NCBI GenBank assembly: GCA_964401055.1
Contig: CAYNWW010000004.1
Coordinates: 13,390-77,389, forward strand
Length of the DNA stretch: 64,000 nucleotides
Origin: an uncultured Candidatus Saccharibacteria bacterium
Lineage (GTDB): Bacteria; Patescibacteriota; JAUYIX01; CAYNWW01
Direction: 5' to 3'
The notes under the pieces: model-generated
Told to the model about the DNA's origin: nothing
The model's input: the letters and a program-made list of their open reading frames with translations, nothing else
Databases searched by the model: none
Program-made: the position numbers and the translations under genes
Shown: positions 55,261 to 64,000 of the stretch, in pieces
Layout of the letters: every line of letters begins with the position of its first letter
Position numbering within the stretch: the stretch's first letter is position 1

Positions 55261-56998
55261 AGGTAAGAATATCTGATGTGTAGATAGGGCGGCCGGTATT
55301 TTTTAAGATATGATGTTGTGTTTCGATGCCGGTGTGTTGGGTAAAGAGGCCGGCGAATTGACCTTCGGAATTGGTCTCGACAAACACCGTGTGGGCGGGA
55401 TCAAGGTGCATGCCACGGTAAAATTTTTCCGGAAACGGCGAGAGGTACATGTTGTGAAAAAATCGCGAAGAGGTGCCTGAGGCGGCGAGTTCGCGCTGAG
55501 CTTCGAGGATGGCGCCTTTGACTGAGCCCCAACCGATGAAGGTGAGCGCGGCGCCCGCGTCGCCGTGCATGACCGGCTCGGGTAATTCATCGCGGATAAA
55601 TTGTGCTTTGCGAAAGCGCTTGTCGGATTGCTCGCGGCGGGTCTGTTCGGATTCTTCAGAAAATCCGTACGCGTCGTGCTCGTCGCTGTTGGCGAGGAAG
55701 AGGCCGCCTTTTTGACCTGGAACTGTCCGAGGAGTCACGCCGGTTTTGGTCAACGCATACCGGCGGTAGCCGCCTTGCTGCATGACGGTGTCTGAAGCCA
55801 AGTATTCGTCGTCGGCAAACGAGTCGCGCGTGACATGCACGGCCGTCTCGTCAAAGAGCGGCATGGCAAAAATAGTTTCGGCAAGGTATTTGTCGGTCAA
55901 AATAATCACCGGGATATGGTAGCGCTCAGCAAGCTGGAGCGCGTGTGCGGCTGCGAAAAAACATTCTTGTGGATCGCCGGGCGCGATGATGACGCGCAAA
56001 AATTCATCTTGAGCGGCATGCAGCGCAAAGCGCAAATCTCCTTGGCCGGTCCAGGTGGGCAAGCCCGTGGCGGGTCCGGGGCGCTGGGCGATCACGACGA
56101 CGATCGGAGTTTCGGTGATGGCGGCGAGGCCGAGGGACTCGACCATGAGCGAAAATCCGCCTCCTGATGTGCCGACCATGCTGCGCGCGCCCATGTGGGA
56201 GCCGCCGATGGCCATGTTGATGGCCGCGATTTCGTCTTCGGTTTGTTTGACTACGATGTTGTAGTCGTGTTCTTTTGCGGCGAGGTAATGCAAAATGCTT
56301 GTTGAGGGCGACATCGGATAGGCGCAGTACAGCTTCAGTCCGCCACGCAAAGCGCCCATGGCGAGCGCTTCGTTGCCGCTGATGGCCATGCGCGGGCCGA
56401 CGTAGCGAGGCGTGCCGTGAAAGCCGGACGACACGCCGGATTTTTTGACGAAATCAAAGCCCGCTTGCGCCGCGCGCGTGTTGAGCTCGATGATGTCGGC
56501 ACCTTTTTTGCCAAATTGTTCGGCGAGCAATGCGATGAGTGGCGCGAGGTCGAGATTGAGTAAGGCAAGTGTGGCGCCGAGTGAAACCACGTTGCGGAGC
56601 ACCGGATCGCCGCCGATTTCTTTGACGATTGCGCTGAGTGGTACATCAAGAAACTGGCAGCCGGCGTAGTCAGCGGCGAAATCTGCAATTGCAATTTTTC
56701 CGCCTTGCGAATCAAATAGCGCGATGCCGCCAGCGTTCATCAGCCCGCGATTGTGCTCGAGGGTGTCTTTGTTGAGCGCGACCAGGATGTCGATCGCGGG
56801 GTCGTAGCAGGAAATCTCTTGTTCGTGCACGCGCAGGGTAAAATTGTTGTGGCCGCCGCGGATGAGCGAGGGGTATTCGGAGTCTGCGACCAAATAAAAA
56901 CCCGCACGCGTAAACAGCTTGCTCACAAGCATCCCCGTCACTTTGATACCCATCCCGGCCTCGCCGCCGATGCGCCAGGTGAAGTTGGTGGTTACCAT
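55241..56998 (-). CDS. 2-oxoacid:ferredoxin oxidoreductase fused gamma-alpha subunit
   Basis: Gamma-type RIGGEAGMGIKVTG N-terminus. Alpha core (GNEALAMGALRGGLKLYCAYPMSPST). Confidence 0.85.
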   Translation of the reverse strand: MVTTNFTWRIGGEAGMGIKVTGMLVSKLFTRAGFYLVADSEYPSLIRGGHNNFTLRVHEQEISCYDPAIDILVALNKDTLEHNRGLMNAGGIALFDSQGGKIAIADFAADYAGCQFLDVPLSAIVKEIGGDPVLRNVVSLGATLALLNLDLAPLIALLAEQFGKKGADIIELNTRAAQAGFDFVKKSGVSSGFHGTPRYVGPRMAISGNEALAMGALRGGLKLYCAYPMSPSTSILHYLAAKEHDYNIVVKQTEDEIAAINMAIGGSHMGARSMVGTSGGGFSLMVESLGLAAITETPIVVVIAQRPGPATGLPTWTGQGDLRFALHAAQDEFLRVIIAPGDPQECFFAAAHALQLAERYHIPVIILTDKYLAETIFAMPLFDETAVHVTRDSFADDEYLASDTVMQQGGYRRYALTKTGVTPRTVPGQKGGLFLANSDEHDAYGFSEESEQTRREQSDKRFRKAQFIRDELPEPVMHGDAGAALTFIGWGSVKGAILEAQRELAASGTSSRFFHNMYLSPFPEKFYRGMHLDPAHTVFVETNSEGQFAGLFTQHTGIETQHHILKNTGRPIYTSDILTYVKKNF

Positions 56999-57022
56999 AA
57001 AAATTTCGCTACTGCGAACGGT

Positions 57023-57415
57023 TTATTTTTGCAACACGTCTTTTACTTTGTCTGCCACTTCTTGTGGGGTGAAATGTGCTTTGATTAAATAATCATTAGC
57101 ACCGAGTTCCATGCCGCGTTTGACGTCATTTTCTTGGCCAAGATTGGTGAGCAAGATCACTGGAACTTTGGCGAGGCGAGGATCTTCTTTCATTTTTTTC
57201 AATACTCCAAAGCCATCCATGTTGGGCATGATGATATCGAGAAGTGCGATATCAGGAACTGTTTTTTCTAAAATTTCAACTGCTTTCACGCCATCTTCGG
57301 CATGAACAACTTCAAAACCTTCCATTCCAAATTTGGTTTGATACATTTTGGCGAGTGTGACCTCGTCTTCTGCCAAGAGAATAAGCGGTTTTTTGTCCAT
57401 TTGCGTATCCGGCAT
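57023..57415 (-). CDS. Single-domain response regulator (CheY-like), paralog of the 32637..32999 gene
   Basis: LLAEDE, LLDIIMPNMDGFGVL and LLTNLGQENDVKRGMELGANDYLIKA. No output domain. Confidence 0.85.
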   Translation of the reverse strand: MPDTQMDKKPLILLAEDEVTLAKMYQTKFGMEGFEVVHAEDGVKAVEILEKTVPDIALLDIIMPNMDGFGVLKKMKEDPRLAKVPVILLTNLGQENDVKRGMELGANDYLIKAHFTPQEVADKVKDVLQK

Positions 57416-57482
57416 TGATTTTTGTTAATCGTGAAGATTTGTGCTTAGTATAAACCATGTTGTTGCCGCGCGCAAACTCACG

Positions 57483-57491
57483 TGATATTAT
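57483..57491 (+). promoter_or_regulatory. Extended -10 (TGATATTAT) 6 nt upstream of the ferredoxin ATG, giving a leaderless mRNA
   Basis: Same geometry as the prsW promoter. No SD. Confidence 0.4.
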
Positions 57492-57497
57492 GCTTGT

Positions 57498-57764
57498 ATG
57501 AATGAACAACAGCTGCCGGTATCCACGGGTCCTGCGCCCGCGGGATCTCCGGTAAAAAAAATACACGTTGATCGAGAATTGTGCATTGGGGCATCGTCGT
57601 GCGTCGCAGTGGCGCCGGGCGTGTTTCAGCTGGACGCTGAAGGCAAAGCGTACGTAGTCGCGATCGAAGGCGCCGACGACGAAACAATTCGCTTATCCGC
57701 CGAGTCCTGCCCGACAAAAGCGATTTTTCTCTACGACAAAGACGATAAACAAATTTTTCCGTGA
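57498..57764 (+). CDS. Small [3Fe-4S]/[4Fe-4S] single-cluster ferredoxin
   Basis: IHVDRELCIGASSCVAVAPGVFQLD ... ESCPTKAI (a Cx5C...CP pattern). Confidence 0.7.
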   Translation: MNEQQLPVSTGPAPAGSPVKKIHVDRELCIGASSCVAVAPGVFQLDAEGKAYVVAIEGADDETIRLSAESCPTKAIFLYDKDDKQIFP

Positions 57765-57766
57765 TA

Positions 57767-58513
57767 TTAGCCGATCTCAACCGTGGCTAAAATAGGTAGG
57801 TGGTCGGAAAAAAGCGTACGATTTGTTGAGACGTGTGCGTGGATGCGAATATCTTTGGAATGAAAGAGGTGATCCAGGGATTTTTTTGGTTTCCAGGCAG
57901 GATAGGTGAAGTGTGCGGTGTGCAGCTGAAACAAGCCGGCTTCACCGAGTGCGGTGAATTCGTGTGCGGAGTCTGTATTAAAATCTCCAGCGAGAATCAG
58001 TGGTTCTTGTGCTGCGCGCGCGGTGGTGATGGCGCGAATTGCTGCAAGCTGTTTTGAGCGGTTGCGCGCGCTGAGGCTCAAATGGGTGGCGAACAAATTG
58101 ATATGCTGGACGCCCACCTGTAGTCGCGCGCTTGATAAGAATCGCGCTTCGCCTGAGCCGGGGAGTTGTTCGTGTGAGGTGTTGCTTAGCGGATAGCGAG
58201 AGAGGATTGCGTTCCCTTGATTGGAGCCACGGGCTTGGGAAGTGGGAAAAAAGACTGCATAAGAAAGCCCGCTTTCTTGACTGAGGATGCTGAGTTGGCT
58301 TTGCAACCTGGTGCGAAAAGATCCGCCGTCTATTTCATTGAGTACAATCGCGTCGACTTGCTGTGAGCGAATAAATTGGCCGATGCGCGCAAGTATGTCG
58401 TCGTGTGCATGTGGTAAGAAATACCTCCAGCCGCGAATAAGGTATTCCCAATATCCGCGCGTTACTTCTGCGCCGGCTTGAATGTTGAACGTAGCGACGG
58501 TGAGAGATTGCAT
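57767..58513 (-). CDS. Endonuclease/exonuclease/phosphatase (EEP) family protein
   Basis: TFNIQ...VLNEID...LAGDFN...SDHLPILATV (EEP catalytic motifs). Confidence 0.75.
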   Translation of the reverse strand: MQSLTVATFNIQAGAEVTRGYWEYLIRGWRYFLPHAHDDILARIGQFIRSQQVDAIVLNEIDGGSFRTRLQSQLSILSQESGLSYAVFFPTSQARGSNQGNAILSRYPLSNTSHEQLPGSGEARFLSSARLQVGVQHINLFATHLSLSARNRSKQLAAIRAITTARAAQEPLILAGDFNTDSAHEFTALGEAGLFQLHTAHFTYPAWKPKKSLDHLFHSKDIRIHAHVSTNRTLFSDHLPILATVEIG

Positions 58514-58536
58514 GAATCGTATAGTCGTGTAGTGGG

Positions 58537-58935
58537 CTATTTAACGATAACGGTTGCCTTCATCGACGGGTGATATTTGCAGGTGATGGTGTAGCTACCT
58601 GCTTTGTCAAATGTAATGCGCGCGCTATCTCCCTGGCTGAGGTCGCCGCTTGCAAATTTGATCGAGGCAACATCTGCGGTGTGCGTCATAGAATCCTGGT
58701 TGGTGACGGTAACTGTGTCACCAACAGAAACTTGAATAGTTGCCGGAGCAAATGCCAAGCTTTTGATCGTGATCGCGTTTGTTTCGGTTGCGGTGGTCGT
58801 TGTTTCCGTTGTTGTTGTAGTTGTGGTCGTGTCGCTTGCTGCTGGTGTAGCTGTGCCGTCGTCTTTGCTGCACGATGCGCCGGTCAAGATGAGTGCAAGC
58901 GCGGCCGCTGTCAGTAGGAGAGATGATTTTTTCAT
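58537..58935 (-). CDS. Lipoprotein cupredoxin (plastocyanin/azurin-like type-1 blue copper protein)
   Basis: Lipobox LILTGASC. Thr-rich linker. Cupredoxin ligands MTHTADV ... ITCKYHPSM (H, C-x2-H-x2-M). Confidence 0.65.
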   Translation of the reverse strand: MKKSSLLLTAAALALILTGASCSKDDGTATPAASDTTTTTTTTETTTTATETNAITIKSLAFAPATIQVSVGDTVTVTNQDSMTHTADVASIKFASGDLSQGDSARITFDKAGSYTITCKYHPSMKATVIVK

Positions 58936-59032
58936 ATAGTTTTTGCTAGTGATAACACGGGTATCATAGCATGCATCTGCGCTTCGGACAAACAAAAACA
59001 CGCCCCTGCGGGCATGCCTTGTGTAGTTGCTG

Positions 59033-59107
59033 TGGTAGCGCCACCGGGAATCGAACCCGGATTACCAGATTGAAAATCTGATGTCCTAACCGTTAGACGA
59101 TGGCGCC
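59033..59107 (-). tRNA. tRNA-Glu (anticodon UUC)
   Basis: 75-nt cloverleaf folded by hand: acceptor GGCGCCA/UGGCGCU, U8, D-loop AACGGUUA, anticodon loop UUUUCAA, T-loop UUCGAUU, discriminator A, encoded CCA. Confidence 0.8.
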
Positions 59108-59111
59108 CCAA

Positions 59112-59180
59112 ATTGTTCGGGGAAGTCTTCTTCACTTGCCTTCCGGGGCAAGCAAGTTCGGAAGACCTCCCCGAACAAAT
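59112..59180. other. Long near-perfect hairpin (18-bp outer stem, 1 mismatch, with an inner stem-loop) immediately upstream of the tRNA-Glu 5' end
   Basis: ATTGTTCGGGGAAGTCTTC ... GAAGACCTCCCCGAACAAAT, with inner CTTGCC...GGCAAG. Read directly. Confidence 0.4.
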
Positions 59181-59223
59181 AGTAGGTTGAGAAAGATGTT
59201 CATATTTTAGCAGGAGGCGCGAG

Positions 59224-59252
59224 TTGCGTCAACTGCGCGCTTTGGCTATACT
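59224..59252 (+). promoter_or_regulatory. Promoter for tsaD (TTGCGT, 17-nt spacer, TATACT), only 9 nt before the ATG (near-leaderless)
   Basis: Hexamers and spacing read directly. No SD. Confidence 0.4.
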
Positions 59253-59261
59253 GGCCGTGAA

Positions 59262-60302
59262 ATGAAGATTTTGGCCATTGAGACATCGTGTGATGAAACT
59301 GCTGCGGCCGTCGTGCGCGACGGCCGCTTTGTGTTGTCTAATATTGTGGCTTCACAGGCCGCGCTCCATGCGCAAACCGGCGGCGTAGTGCCAGAGGTGG
59401 CCGCGCGCGAACATGTGCAGGCGATTGTGCCGGTGGTGGATGAGACGCTGCGTGTGGCTGGCGTGAGTGATCCGCGCCATGAGATTGATTTGCTTGCAGT
59501 CACCTGCGGGCCGGGTTTGGTGAGTGCGCTGCTGGTGGGGATTACAACTGCCTCAAGCCTGGCATTTGCTTGGGACAAGCGGGTGGTGCCGGCGCATCAT
59601 ATTCGTGGTCATATCTATGCCAATCAGGTTTTGGAGCTTGGCGGCGCGCGCGTGGAGAGTGGGGCGGATTTTGTGTTTCCGAGTTTATGTTTGACTGTGT
59701 CAGGTGGCCATACTGAGTTGGTCTTGTTGCGCGGGCATGGGGATTTTGAGATTTTGGGCACTACGCTTGATGATGCGGCAGGTGAGGCGTTTGATAAAGT
59801 CGCGTCGCTGCTTGGTCTGGGATATCCAGGTGGTCCGGCGATCTCGCACGCGGCGGCAGGCGCAGGCGCGCATGGGCGCGAGGCATTTTCTTTGCCTAAG
59901 CCCTTGTTTGCGAGCGGGGATTATAATTTCAGCTTTTCCGGATTGAAAACTGCGGTACTGCGTGCGGTGCGCGAGCTGCCTGATGTTTTGAATACTAAAA
60001 ATGTTCAAGAGATCGCGGCCTCATTTGAGAAGGCAGTTGTTGATGTACTGCTCCATAAGACATTTCGCGCAGCCAGTGAGCATGGAGCGGTAAAAATTAT
60101 GTTGTCGGGCGGAGTTGCAGCCAACGTCTATCTGCGCCAACGGTTTGAACAAGAATGTAGTTCGCGAGGAATTGCCTTTTCTTTTCCTCCGATTTCATTG
60201 TGCACCGACAACGCGGCTATGATTGGCGCGGCCGCATTTTTTGAGCAAGAGCGGGCGGTGGCATGGGATGAGCTGAGGCCACGACTGCAGGTTGCTTTTT
60301 AG
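59262..60302 (+). CDS. tsaD: tRNA N6-adenosine threonylcarbamoyltransferase TsaD (Kae1/Gcp)
   Basis: MKILAIETSCDETAAAVV ... GVVPEVAAREH ... TVSGGHTEL ... GYPGGPAI ... LSGGVAANVYLR. Confidence 0.9.
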   Translation: MKILAIETSCDETAAAVVRDGRFVLSNIVASQAALHAQTGGVVPEVAAREHVQAIVPVVDETLRVAGVSDPRHEIDLLAVTCGPGLVSALLVGITTASSLAFAWDKRVVPAHHIRGHIYANQVLELGGARVESGADFVFPSLCLTVSGGHTELVLLRGHGDFEILGTTLDDAAGEAFDKVASLLGLGYPGGPAISHAAAGAGAHGREAFSLPKPLFASGDYNFSFSGLKTAVLRAVRELPDVLNTKNVQEIAASFEKAVVDVLLHKTFRAASEHGAVKIMLSGGVAANVYLRQRFEQECSSRGIAFSFPPISLCTDNAAMIGAAAFFEQERAVAWDELRPRLQVAF

Positions 60303-60404
60303 GTTGTTTTGTGGTAATATATAATCTTTTGGATGAAGGTGTATAATCCTTTGCCAGAGCGGCATAGGAGGCGCTTTCAGAGCCAAAAGAGGAGGTTTTG
60401 TTCG

Positions 60405-61229
60405 TTGAAAATTATCGTTTTTTGCTTGTCTCTGCTTGTTTTTTCACCGTTTGCGGCGGTTGCCTGTGACGACGATCCGGGCACGTCATCTGGAGCCGGG
60501 TGGGTTCCCGATCAGAACTTGGTGGCTTTTCAGAGTCTTGATGGCCGATATTTCGCTGTTGAGCTGACTGATGAAAAGCCATACGAGCTTTCCTCTGGCT
60601 TGCTCGTGATCAGAGAGGGCTCTCGCGTAAAAATTATTGCGACCAGGATTGAATCTATTGTTGTAAGGGGCGAACTCTCCGGAATAAGCCGTTGTTTGTT
60701 TAGTACGGCGTATGTTGGATGGGATGATCGTGTGCAGGATCGAGATACCAAAGAAAAACTCTATCGCCTCGCCGAGGTCATGCACCAGCGTCACCGCGGT
60801 CTCTCTCCTCGTGAAGTTGAGCAGGAGCTTGAAAGGCTTGAAGTTATTGCGCAGCAAGCTGCGTCCTCTCTCGAGGATGAAGAAATTGCTGAACTGCCAC
60901 AGGTGTTTCCAACTAGTGTGGAGGCGCGGCCTATTGTGGCGACGCAGATTGTCCTTCCGAAAGATGCGATTTTCCTCTTCCAGCAATGGGGAATGGAGGT
61001 CGATCTGACTGTAAAAACCCTTTCGCTCGGTGACAAGAATCGCGATGGCGAGGGGCGTGAGCAGGAAATCGACCTGACCGACGGGAATAAAAATGTCCAG
61101 GTCGAATTCCGGAAAATAACTGCCGATCGCGTGATAGTCAAAGCGGTCGAGGCGGGTGGAAAAACGAGCTATCACGAATTCCGAAATGGAATTTTCCAGC
61201 CAGAGGAGGTGCGAGGAATTAGTTTTTGA
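60405..61229 (+). CDS. Hypothetical lipoprotein (TTG start)
   Basis: AGAGGAGG SD 9 nt upstream of the TTG at 60405. Signal peptide with lipobox-like AAVAC. No family recognised. A long imperfect hairpin plus T8 terminator follows (about 61232-61287). Confidence 0.45.
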   Translation: MKIIVFCLSLLVFSPFAAVACDDDPGTSSGAGWVPDQNLVAFQSLDGRYFAVELTDEKPYELSSGLLVIREGSRVKIIATRIESIVVRGELSGISRCLFSTAYVGWDDRVQDRDTKEKLYRLAEVMHQRHRGLSPREVEQELERLEVIAQQAASSLEDEEIAELPQVFPTSVEARPIVATQIVLPKDAIFLFQQWGMEVDLTVKTLSLGDKNRDGEGREQEIDLTDGNKNVQVEFRKITADRVIVKAVEAGGKTSYHEFRNGIFQPEEVRGISF

Positions 61230-61310
61230 AATAGGTTGAAAGGTTGGTGCGACGCAAAGTGCGTTCGCCCAGCCTTTCTTTTTTTTGGCGCCGACGTTAT
61301 ATTTAATCCT

Positions 61311-63980
61311 ATGGAATTGCCCAAATCATACAATCCGCAGGAGATCGAGCCGCGGCGCGCGCGCGAGTGGGAAGAGCGTGGTTTTTATCGTGCGGATGCG
61401 ACGTCGGGCAAGCCGGCGTTTACTATCCCGATGCCGCCGCCCAATGCCAACGGAAGCCTGCACCTTGGGCATGCGTCCATGCTCGCGTATCAAGATATTT
61501 TGGCGCGCTACCACCGCATGCGCGGCGATGAAGTATTGTGGTTGCCCGGTACTGATCATGCAGGAATCCAAACGCAGACGGTGTTTGAGCGCAAGTTGAA
61601 AGCCGAAGGGCGGTCGCGTGACGAGCTCGGGCGGGAAAAGTTTTACCAAGAGCTTTATGAATTTTGCATGACCAACAAGTCCGTGATCACCTCGCAGATT
61701 CGGATGATGGGCGCGTCGTGTGATTGGTCGCGGGAAAAATTTACACTGGATGCGGATTTGGTGCGGCAGGTGCAGCAGACATTTGTGGATATGTATCGCG
61801 ATGGCACGGCGTATCGCGGGTATCGGATTACCAATTGGTGCCCTGATTGTCGTACCACGCTTGCAAATATTGAAGTGGAGCATGTGGATCGCGAGACGAC
61901 CCTGTATTTTATCAAATATACCGATGAGCTGACGGTGGCGACGGTGCGGCCGGAGACCAAGCTTGCGGATACCGGCGTGGCGGTGCATCCGGATGATTCG
62001 CGCTACCAGCATTTGATTGGTCGTACGCTCGAGGTCTCGCTTGCGGGGCACAAGATCAGTGTGCAGGTGTTTGCGGATGAGGAAGCTGATCCTGCGTTTG
62101 GCACGGGCGCGATCGGTGTGACGCCGGCGCATTCGGAAGTGGATTATAAAATGGGAAAGGCGCATGGTTTGGAGATTTTGCCGTTGATCGGAATGGATGG
62201 CTTGATCGGCGCGCAGGGTGGCAAGTATGCCGGCATGACAGTGGTCGCTGCACGCGAAGCGTTTGTGGCGGATTTGCGTGCAGCCGGTCAGCTGGTGCGC
62301 GAGGAAAAGACGGTCTCGTCGATTGCGGTCTGCGAACGCTCGGGTACGGTGATCGAGCCGCTGTTGAGCACGCAGTGGTTTGTGCGCGTGGGTGAGTTGG
62401 CGAAGCGGGCGATGGATGCGGTGCGGGCGGGCGAGACGCAGATTTTGCCGCACCGTTTTGAGAAGCAATTTTTTCATTGGATGGAAAAGCTCGAGGACTG
62501 GAATATTTCCCGCCAGATTTGGTGGGGGCCTGCGATCCCGGCGTGGTATTGTGAGCGCGAGGGATGCGGCGAAATTGTGGTGCAAATGGAGACTCCGCGC
62601 GCGTGTACGAAGTGCGGCGCGGGTGCCGAGCTGCTGCGCAAAGATCCGGACACGTTTGATACGTGGTTTTCGTCCGGCCAGTGGCCGTATACGATTTTGG
62701 GCGGCGCGGGTGCGGAGGATTTTGCCAAATTCTACCCGACGGCGGTGCTCGAGACGGGCTGGGATATTTTGTTTTTTTGGGTGACGCGCATGATGATGCT
62801 CGGGCTGTATCGCACCGGGCAAGTGCCCTTTCGTACGGTGTATTTGCATGGGCTGATTTTGGATAAAAATGGCGCGAAAATGAGCAAATCCAAGGGCAAC
62901 GGGATTGATCCGGTGCAAATGGCTCAGCAGTATGGGGTGGATGCGTTGCGGTTATCGCTTGCGATCGGCTCTAAGGCGGGGCAGAGCATGCGGTTGTATC
63001 CGGAAAAAGTAGAAGGTTTTGCGGCGACGATGAACAAGCTGTGGAACATGGCGCGGTTTGTCTTTGCGCAAGGGTTGCCGGAGGGCGAGACGCCGTTGGC
63101 GTTGGTGGATGGGACGGGGGTGCGCGCGGAGATGAGCTTGGCGGATCGGTGGATATTGGCGCGCGCGCAGGAAGTGGTGCGCGATGCGACCGCGCTGATT
63201 GATGATTTCCAGTTTGGCGAGGCGGGACGGCTCGTGTTTGCGTTTGCGCGCGAAGAATTTGCCGACTGGTATATTGAGGTGGCGAAGATTGAAAAAACGC
63301 AGGTGTCGCGCCAGCTGCTCTGGATTGTGTTGCACAAATTGTTGCGCCTGATGCATCCGTTTGCGCCGTTTATTACTGAAGAAATCTGGTCGCATTTGGA
63401 TGCGCGAGCGCGCGGCCAGGCAGGCGAGTGGCTGATCCGCGCACCGTGGCCGCGCGCGGACGAAGGCTGTATGGATGCGGATGCCGTGTGTGAGTTTGAG
63501 CTGGTGAAAGAAGTGGCGAGTGCGGTGCGCGCAGTCCGATCTGAACAACAAATTGCACCAAGCGAAAAGGTTCGCCTGTTTCTTTGGGCGCAGCATGCCG
63601 CAAGTCGCGAACTTTTAGCCACGCAGTCTGAATTAATTACTCGGTTGACCAAAGCTAGCTCTATTGAATTTGACACAGAAGCTCCGACTGACTCCGCAAG
63701 CGCCCTGGTTCGAGACATTGAAATCAGCCTTGCACTTGCCGCACCTCGCGTCCAGACGCCGGAAGAGCGCGAAAAAGAACTTGTCGCGCTGCGGGAAGAG
63801 TTCACTCGTGTCACTGGTTTCGTCGCTGCGCTCGAGAAAAAACTTGCCAATGAAAAATTTGTGACCGGTGCGCCCAAAGAAGTTGTTCAGCTCGAACGCA
63901 CCAAGCTCGCCGACCAACAAGCAAAGCTCTTGGCAATTACACAAAAAATAAATCAACTCACCAATGACTCGCCCCAGTAA
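61311..63980 (+). CDS. valS: Valine--tRNA ligase
   Basis: HIGH motif (PPPNANGSLHLGHA), KMSKS (KMSKSKGN), editing domain and C-terminal coiled coil. Start at MELPKS (61311), with TATATT 7 nt upstream (leaderless-like). Confidence 0.9.
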   Translation: MELPKSYNPQEIEPRRAREWEERGFYRADATSGKPAFTIPMPPPNANGSLHLGHASMLAYQDILARYHRMRGDEVLWLPGTDHAGIQTQTVFERKLKAEGRSRDELGREKFYQELYEFCMTNKSVITSQIRMMGASCDWSREKFTLDADLVRQVQQTFVDMYRDGTAYRGYRITNWCPDCRTTLANIEVEHVDRETTLYFIKYTDELTVATVRPETKLADTGVAVHPDDSRYQHLIGRTLEVSLAGHKISVQVFADEEADPAFGTGAIGVTPAHSEVDYKMGKAHGLEILPLIGMDGLIGAQGGKYAGMTVVAAREAFVADLRAAGQLVREEKTVSSIAVCERSGTVIEPLLSTQWFVRVGELAKRAMDAVRAGETQILPHRFEKQFFHWMEKLEDWNISRQIWWGPAIPAWYCEREGCGEIVVQMETPRACTKCGAGAELLRKDPDTFDTWFSSGQWPYTILGGAGAEDFAKFYPTAVLETGWDILFFWVTRMMMLGLYRTGQVPFRTVYLHGLILDKNGAKMSKSKGNGIDPVQMAQQYGVDALRLSLAIGSKAGQSMRLYPEKVEGFAATMNKLWNMARFVFAQGLPEGETPLALVDGTGVRAEMSLADRWILARAQEVVRDATALIDDFQFGEAGRLVFAFAREEFADWYIEVAKIEKTQVSRQLLWIVLHKLLRLMHPFAPFITEEIWSHLDARARGQAGEWLIRAPWPRADEGCMDADAVCEFELVKEVASAVRAVRSEQQIAPSEKVRLFLWAQHAASRELLATQSELITRLTKASSIEFDTEAPTDSASALVRDIEISLALAAPRVQTPEEREKELVALREEFTRVTGFVAALEKKLANEKFVTGAPKEVVQLERTKLADQQAKLLAITQKINQLTNDSPQ

Positions 63981-64000
63981 GCAGAAGCGAGTAGGTGTCG

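Noticed and set aside
58932-59135. ORF 58932..59135 (-) of 67 aa
   Set aside because: Overlaps the tRNA-Glu gene and the large hairpin, so it is not coding.
61326-63877. Minus-strand ORFs 61326..62918 and 62924..63877 antisense to valS
   Set aside because: Shadow ORFs (Arg/His-rich) inside an unambiguous valS.
1-64000. Searched for CRISPR arrays, rRNA genes, transposases/integrases, phage structural genes, restriction-modification and known toxin-antitoxin families
   Set aside because: No evenly spaced direct repeats, no rRNA-like conserved stretches, no DDE/tyrosine-recombinase motifs, and no recognisable defence or TA families. The only candidate cassette is the unclassified rpmH-oriC two-gene insertion reported above.

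Overview
This 64-kb window is the chromosomal replication-origin neighbourhood of a high-GC bacterium (roughly 55-58% GC by eye). It has compact, overlapping genes, many large secreted repeat proteins, single-domain response regulators and several apparently leaderless mRNAs, so it may come from an uncultivated small-genome lineage (CPR/Patescibacteria-like is a guess only). The conserved core runs jag-yidC-yidD-rnpA-rpmH on the minus strand, then a bipartite oriC with DnaA-box clusters on both sides of dnaA, then dnaN-(histidine phosphatase)-recF-DUF721. Further genes include PP2C phosphatase, YceD, class-A PBP, tyrS, yebC-ruvC, pilT, PAS/GAF and PAS-histidine-kinase sensors with orphan REC proteins, pgi plus a PMI-like cupin, ruvB, VanW, PrsW, hsp20, a CIRCE-preceded clpC-like gene, ribH, a 2-oxoacid:ferredoxin oxidoreductase (fused gamma-alpha plus beta subunits) with ferredoxin, tRNA-Glu, tsaD and valS. 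The ORF track missed two genes: rpmH (44 aa, 5231..5365 -) and a 293+ codon gene running off the left edge (1..881 -). The most unusual content is (i) a predicted peptide-modification module placed directly after ruvC: a signal-peptide/PKD/7TM membrane protein followed by a fused RimK-like ATP-grasp and HExxH 'QEGLA'-type peptidase; (ii) a lower-GC, translationally coupled two-gene cassette of unknown function inserted between rpmH and the oriC DnaA boxes, whose SD is sequestered in a small hairpin; (iii) extended -10 promoters placed 6 nt upstream of ATG (leaderless genes); (iv) two distinct heat-shock-type operators (a palindrome before hsp20, a perfect CIRCE before the Clp ATPase); (v) several structured intergenic RNA elements. 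No CRISPR array, rRNA, transposase or integrase was found. All functional calls rest on motif recognition by eye and need HMM/BLAST confirmation.
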